From: Babesia bigemina | Taxonomy: Eukaryota | Reading direction: 5' to 3' | Length of the DNA stretch: 64,000 nucleotides | NCBI RefSeq assembly: GCF_000981445.1 | Contig: NC_027217.1 | Coordinates: forward strand, 1,550,001-1,614,000 | Shown: one piece after another, positions 59,501-64,000 of the stretch | How positions within the stretch are numbered: the stretch's first letter is position 1 | How the letters are laid out: every line of letters begins with the position of its first letter | The notes under the pieces: model-generated | What the model saw: only the letters and a program-made list of their open reading frames with translations | What the model was told of the DNA's origin: nothing | Databases searched by the model: none | Position numbers and translations under genes: made by a program

Positions 59501-61465
59501 CGTACGACCCCATAATGCGCCTGAAGCTGAACCACTACTACCTCTTCGTGCTCTCCAACAGTTTGATCGTGGTCCTCTGCATGTGCATCATCTTTCTGGA
59601 GCCACTCGGGACGTTCCAAGCCGCGCGCAGCGTGTACGAATCGGCGCTCGGGGGCGTGCTGCGTTCCCCGCTGTCCGTGTTCAGCACCATGCGCATCGGC
59701 ACCATCAACAACCGCCTATCCACCGACCAGACCTACGTGGACTACAACTGCTTCACACGGTTCTCCAGCACCGCGTCCACGCTGATGTACAGCACGATAT
59801 CCATCGTCATGATCTGCATCCTCAACTGGTGGTCGGGTGCCATGCTTCCCATAGTCCTGTTTCTGACCTTCGTCGTCGTCGTGCGTGACTACCTTCCCAT
59901 GTGCAGGTTAGTCCCGCCTTCAGTCTTACCAAATCTTGCAGGGAGAACATGCGTACAACGCTGTGTACGCGCGCCGCGCTCTGCACGCTCATCAGCCAGA
60001 CCGTCACCGGCGCAAGCGTCATCCGCTCCTCGCGCCGTGAGGGTGTCGCCATGTCGCAATTCCTGCGCTACCTGGACGCGTACGAGCGCACCAAGTTCTT
60101 CCACGCATGCGCCGTCGCGTGGGGAAACGTCCGCATACGGATAATGGGTTTCCCGCTGATCTTGGCGAACGTGTTGTCGCCGCTGGTCCAGCTCATGCTA
60201 CAGCCGCCCGCGGACTGCGGCACCGCCATGGACGTGCACGTTAGCACAGCGCTGATGTACTCACTGAAGGTATCGAGGTCACTGAAGGCCGTGATTGCTA
60301 TGATGGTCGACGTGTCTAACATCATGTGCGCGTGCCAGCGGCTACAGGTGGGTGCGGCGTGCGGCCACAACTATATACAACTGTGCAGGACATGTCCAAA
60401 CTTGGGCCGCAGTACGACCACAAGTACGAACGCCTGCGAATATCTGCCAAGTCGCGGAGCGCGCGCCACGGTGTAACGAGCTCCTCTGCCTCGCCCGAAC
60501 GCCTCTCCCAGGAGGGCGCGATATCGTTCCAGCTCACGCGCACCGGAGTGGTGCTCCGTAACGTCGTCGTGGACTACACGTTCATCCCGCCCGTCAAATC
60601 CGCGAACGAAACGCTGGCAGGCGCCGACGACGCTCCACAACCGGTAATCAGCTACAGGCGCCTGTCGCTGTCGTGCCCGTTCCTGTCGTTCCCACCAGGC
60701 CAGCACGTTGGCATCGTGGGCCGCACAGGCTCCGGGAAGAGCACGCTGCTGTCGGCGCTGGCTGGCGCGGTGAACTTGGTGCGGGGCACTATAGAGCTGG
60801 ACGGCGTGAACATCGAACGCATCTCGTCCGACGAGAACTGCACCACCATCGGCAACATCCCTCACAACCCGCCGCTGCTGGTGCACTGGACCGTGCGCGA
60901 CTACGTCGACCCGAAACACGAGTGGGAAGACGTCGCTATTTGGGAGGCACTGTACACGTGCAGCGCGGGCCCCTTCGTGCGCAGCCTGCCGGGCCCCAAC
61001 CCGCTGGACGTCGTGCTGAAGAAATCCTGGACTAACAAGTGCAAGGGCAAGAAGGACAACGTCGACAGCTCAGGCACCCCGAGCGTCGTCATACTCGACG
61101 TCCACCTGCAGTACCTCAGCCTAGCGAGGTTGTGGCTCTACAAGCGGGAGCTGCGCATGCTGCTGGTCGACGAGGCGTCGGTGATAGGCACGTCGGAGGG
61201 GCAGTCGTTCCAGCCCATCCACGAGCTGCTGAACCGCCTGTTCCGCAGCTGCAATGTCTTCCTCGTTGCGCACAACGCCGAGTCGCTGCAGTAAGTTTCG
61301 CCTCGTGTATGTGTAACGCCCCGCAGGTTATGCGACCGCATCTTGGTGCTCGACAACGGCCGCGTTGTTGGCGAATGCCAAGCGTCCGAAGTCTCCAGCC
61401 AACGCGACCTGGCCGCGCGCTGCCGCCAATTCGCGCGCGGCGCGAATCCCCCATCTGACGAGTAG
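56549..61465 (+). CDS. Full-length ABCC/MRP-type ABC transporter, multi-exon
   Basis: TMD-NBD-TMD-NBD layout. NBD1 has GPPGSGKT, LSTGQ and LDEP. NBD2 has GRTGSGKS, VDEA and AH. Short introns link ORFs 56549, 57039, 58519, 59901 and 60326. Start codon uncertain. Confidence 0.88.
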
Positions 61466-61515
61466 CGAATCACTGTATTGTAATTTGCCCGTAGCTGGCG
61501 ATGCGTTAGCGCACC

Positions 61516-62164
61516 ATGTCGTACGGTTGGCTGAGCGAGAGCACCCTCGCTCCGCGCAAGGCACGCTCGCTGCAGGTACCCAAGGGCTCGGTCTCCGTGC
61601 TGAAGCGCATCATCAGCAAGCACACCTCCAACAGCTCGGCGGCGGCTCCCGCCGCTAAACCGCGCCGTAAAAAGGTGTGTCAACCGCGGTGTCTAAACAT
61701 TGCGGCGCAGGACCCTTTCGCCGAGAAGAATCCCGGCGTGGAGCTCCGCAACCAAGTCGACCGCGTCGGGCAGTCGACCTCCTCCGCGCGCGTTCGCGAG
61801 CGCCTGGAGGCCAAGGCGCGCATATACGAGTCATTGGGTGCGTATTTTTGCCGTGATGTGTGCGTGCTAACGCCCCGCAGCCGAGGGACGTGAGTCGGAG
61901 GTGCCTGAAGGCCTCGAAGTTTTGGTCAACTTTCAGACCAAGCGGCAGCTGGACAGCGCGTCGTGCACGGTACTGAACGAGGAAGGCGTTGTTGTCCTGC
62001 AGAAGGCACCAGGTATGTTACCGCTTCGCCCGCGTGACCATGTGCAGAGGTGCCAGTCGTGCCGGATTCCGACCGCGTGGTCAACGAGGAATCACTAGAC
62101 ACAGTCAGGTTTGTCGTTTTATTTGGCGTCGATGCCGCGCAGGGCGTTCTCCGACGAGGAGTAG
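61516..62164 (+). CDS. CCDC174-like protein, multi-exon
   Basis: YGWLSESTLAPRK, KNPGVELR, RERLEAKARIYE and LVNFQTK resemble CCDC174/DUF4078 N-terminal motifs. 3' end inferred from splice sites. Confidence 0.55.
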
Positions 62165-62264
62165 CTGCGTCGCCGCGTGCCGCGCCTAGGCGACCTCAGG
62201 GCGCACATCGAGCGTGGCACGCAGCGCGCCGTATCGCAGTGGAAGTTAGACAGGATTTTGAGCT

Positions 62265-63204
62265 ATGGCGCGAGACCGGTTGTGGCTATCCGACGTCGCG
62301 GAGGGTGTGCCTGCGACGTGGTATCGCAGCACGTTCTCCGCGTACGTGCCGACGCGCAGGGAGGTGGAGACCGGCGTGCGGTCGATTCCCACCCAGCTGG
62401 TGCACCCTGACGGCTCGTTCAGCGTGGGAGTGGACGTGGAGTCGATCGACCCGCAGAAGCATGGAGCAAGTCGCTTGCAAAATGGTACAGTGCCGGTCCC
62501 CTGTGAGCCAACGCACGCAGCAACAGACGAGGAGGAGGAGGAGGAATATTCGCTCGTAGTGTACGCCTCCGGGAGAGAAGGTGGGTAGTTGGTGCATCAG
62601 CGCGTAAACATCCCGTGTTAGCACGCAAGCGCGCCGTGGCGCAAGACCACCCTTTGATTCTGCTCTCCTGCACCGTCTACGCGGTGATGGTGCTCTGGCT
62701 AGGGCCGTTCGCAACGCTCTCCCCGGACGCCACCGAGAGGACCACGACGCTGCTGTGGCTGTGCTGGTTCTCCGTGCTCGACGTGGTAGCGCTGATGTGC
62801 GTGCTCTGGTATTTCGGCTACTTCGAGCTCCTGAGCATCAACACGGCGCTGCTGGCCTGCGTTTTGGCCGTGCTTCTGCCACACATCGAGAGGTTTGTTG
62901 CACCTAGCAGGGATACACATGATGTGCAGCGTCTATTCGGTCGCCCTGGCCTTCGCGCACGTGTTAACGCTGCTGCTCACCTACTACTCGTTGTCCAAGT
63001 GCGAGCACAGGATGTTCGTCATCCCGAACTTCTGAGCGCCCGCGGACCGTTCGTATCGCAACCGCTGAAAATTGTACCAGGCGGTGCCTCTGTAGGCAGC
63101 CTCGGCTTGTGGGCGGCGCTGCGCCGTGCGCCTCGACGTTGGAATCCCGGCGGGCCGTCGTGTCTAACGGCCAGCGAAGGTACCCCTTCCAGCGTGCCCG
63201 CTGA
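62265..63204 (+). CDS. Hypothetical multi-pass membrane protein, multi-exon
   Basis: ORF 62265 splices in frame to the hydrophobic ORF 62615 and later exons. About four TM segments. Confidence 0.45.
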
Positions 63205-63412
63205 GAGGTGTCGCGGAAACTCACGTGTAATGTCAGTTTTTTAAACAGCGCGTGTTTTGGGCGCGTTTTAGCGCCGGTGTGTGGCTGCGTCGGCAGCAGC
63301 ATTCGCAGCGGTGGGGAGCTGCGATCAAAGGCATTATGCGAGACCTGTTTTGCGCAGTGTCCGAATTCGCAGTGACGCCGCAGATGCCGGCAGCTTAGTG
63401 CGTTTTTTAGCG

Positions 63413-64000
63413 ATGTTTGCAGGCTGGTGGCTGCTGGCGCTGTTCGGCGCCTGCTCGGCGGCCGTCCACGCCGCGACCGGCGGCAGCGGCCTCACGCTGA
63501 CCCCGGCGCAGGTGCTGTTGCCCTCCACGTCCTACTACGTGGACGCGGGCGCGCGCGAGCCGCTGAAGGTCCACGTTCAGGTGCTGCTGCGCGTGGAGCC
63601 CCGGGTATGTGTGAACTGGGAGGTGCAGAATCCCGAGCTGCTGCGCCTGTTCCCGCCGAATAACGAGGAGAACTACATCGAGTACTCGATAGTGCCGCTC
63701 TCGAGCTTCGGGGAGGGGTGCTCCAGCAGCATCTGGGCCGCCTCGCTCCCCTCGGCGCTCCGGGCGCAGAGCTCGGAATCCGGCGCGCCTCTGAGGAGCT
63801 GGGTCTTCGCCTACGAGGCGTCCACGAAGACGCGGGCGGGCGCGGAGGTAGTGATATCGCCCATGCGTTCGATTCAGTTCGAGACCCGCAACCGGCGCAT
63901 CTCGGTGAACCAGGTGGCGACGCTGAAGATTGTAGGCCACGACGAGTTCGCCAACACGTTCACGTCGTTGGAGGGGATCCCGTTCGAGGCACAGATCGAG
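63413..64000 (+). CDS. NUP210: Nuclear pore glycoprotein gp210/Nup210-like, 5' part (runs off the window)
   Basis: Not in the ORF track because it has no stop. Signal peptide, then PAQVLLP...CVNWEVQNP...SIQFETRNRRI...LKIVGHDEFANTFTSLEGIPF, resembling gp210 VLLP / GNTFSTLxGLxF. Confidence 0.75.
   Translation, partial: MFAGWWLLALFGACSAAVHAATGGSGLTLTPAQVLLPSTSYYVDAGAREPLKVHVQVLLRVEPRVCVNWEVQNPELLRLFPPNNEENYIEYSIVPLSSFGEGCSSSIWAASLPSALRAQSSESGAPLRSWVFAYEASTKTRAGAEVVISPMRSIQFETRNRRISVNQVATLKIVGHDEFANTFTSLEGIPFEAQIE

Overview
Eukaryotic, gene-dense apicomplexan DNA, most likely a high-GC Babesia sensu stricto (bigemina/ovata/caballi type). Evidence: ~32-40 nt GT-AG introns, ARO, apicoplast Tic22 and a ves/VESA1-like remnant. 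The ORF track is unspliced, so I rebuilt gene models by hand from splice sites; coordinates are start to stop and include introns. 1-9.9 kb is a variant-antigen-like island: a secreted ~1610 aa protein of 36 ~44-aa repeats, a ves pseudogene fragment and a GPI-anchored antigen. The rest is housekeeping: MetRS, NT-C2 protein, CDK9-like kinase, ARO, GET3, Aquarius, VAMP7, AP-2 alpha, Bfr1-like, histones, eIF3j, GWT1/PIG-W, Tic22, SAHH, NTH1, RPL19, NAR1, ABCC transporter, CCDC174-like and gp210. The most unusual items are: (i) an interleaved double duplication (A-x-B-y-A'-z-B') at 33.9-44.0 kb that copies histone H3 and eIF3j and leaves a truncated GWT1, with CGGT microhomology junctions (real templated insertion or misassembly); (ii) a divergent H2A ending in SQAL beside an H3 lacking Ser28; (iii) tandem splice acceptors that could switch VAMP7 between a tail anchor and an in-frame fusion with the next ORF; (iv) repeated stop/start and stop/stop gene overlaps. 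No tRNA, rRNA, CRISPR or transposon was recognised.
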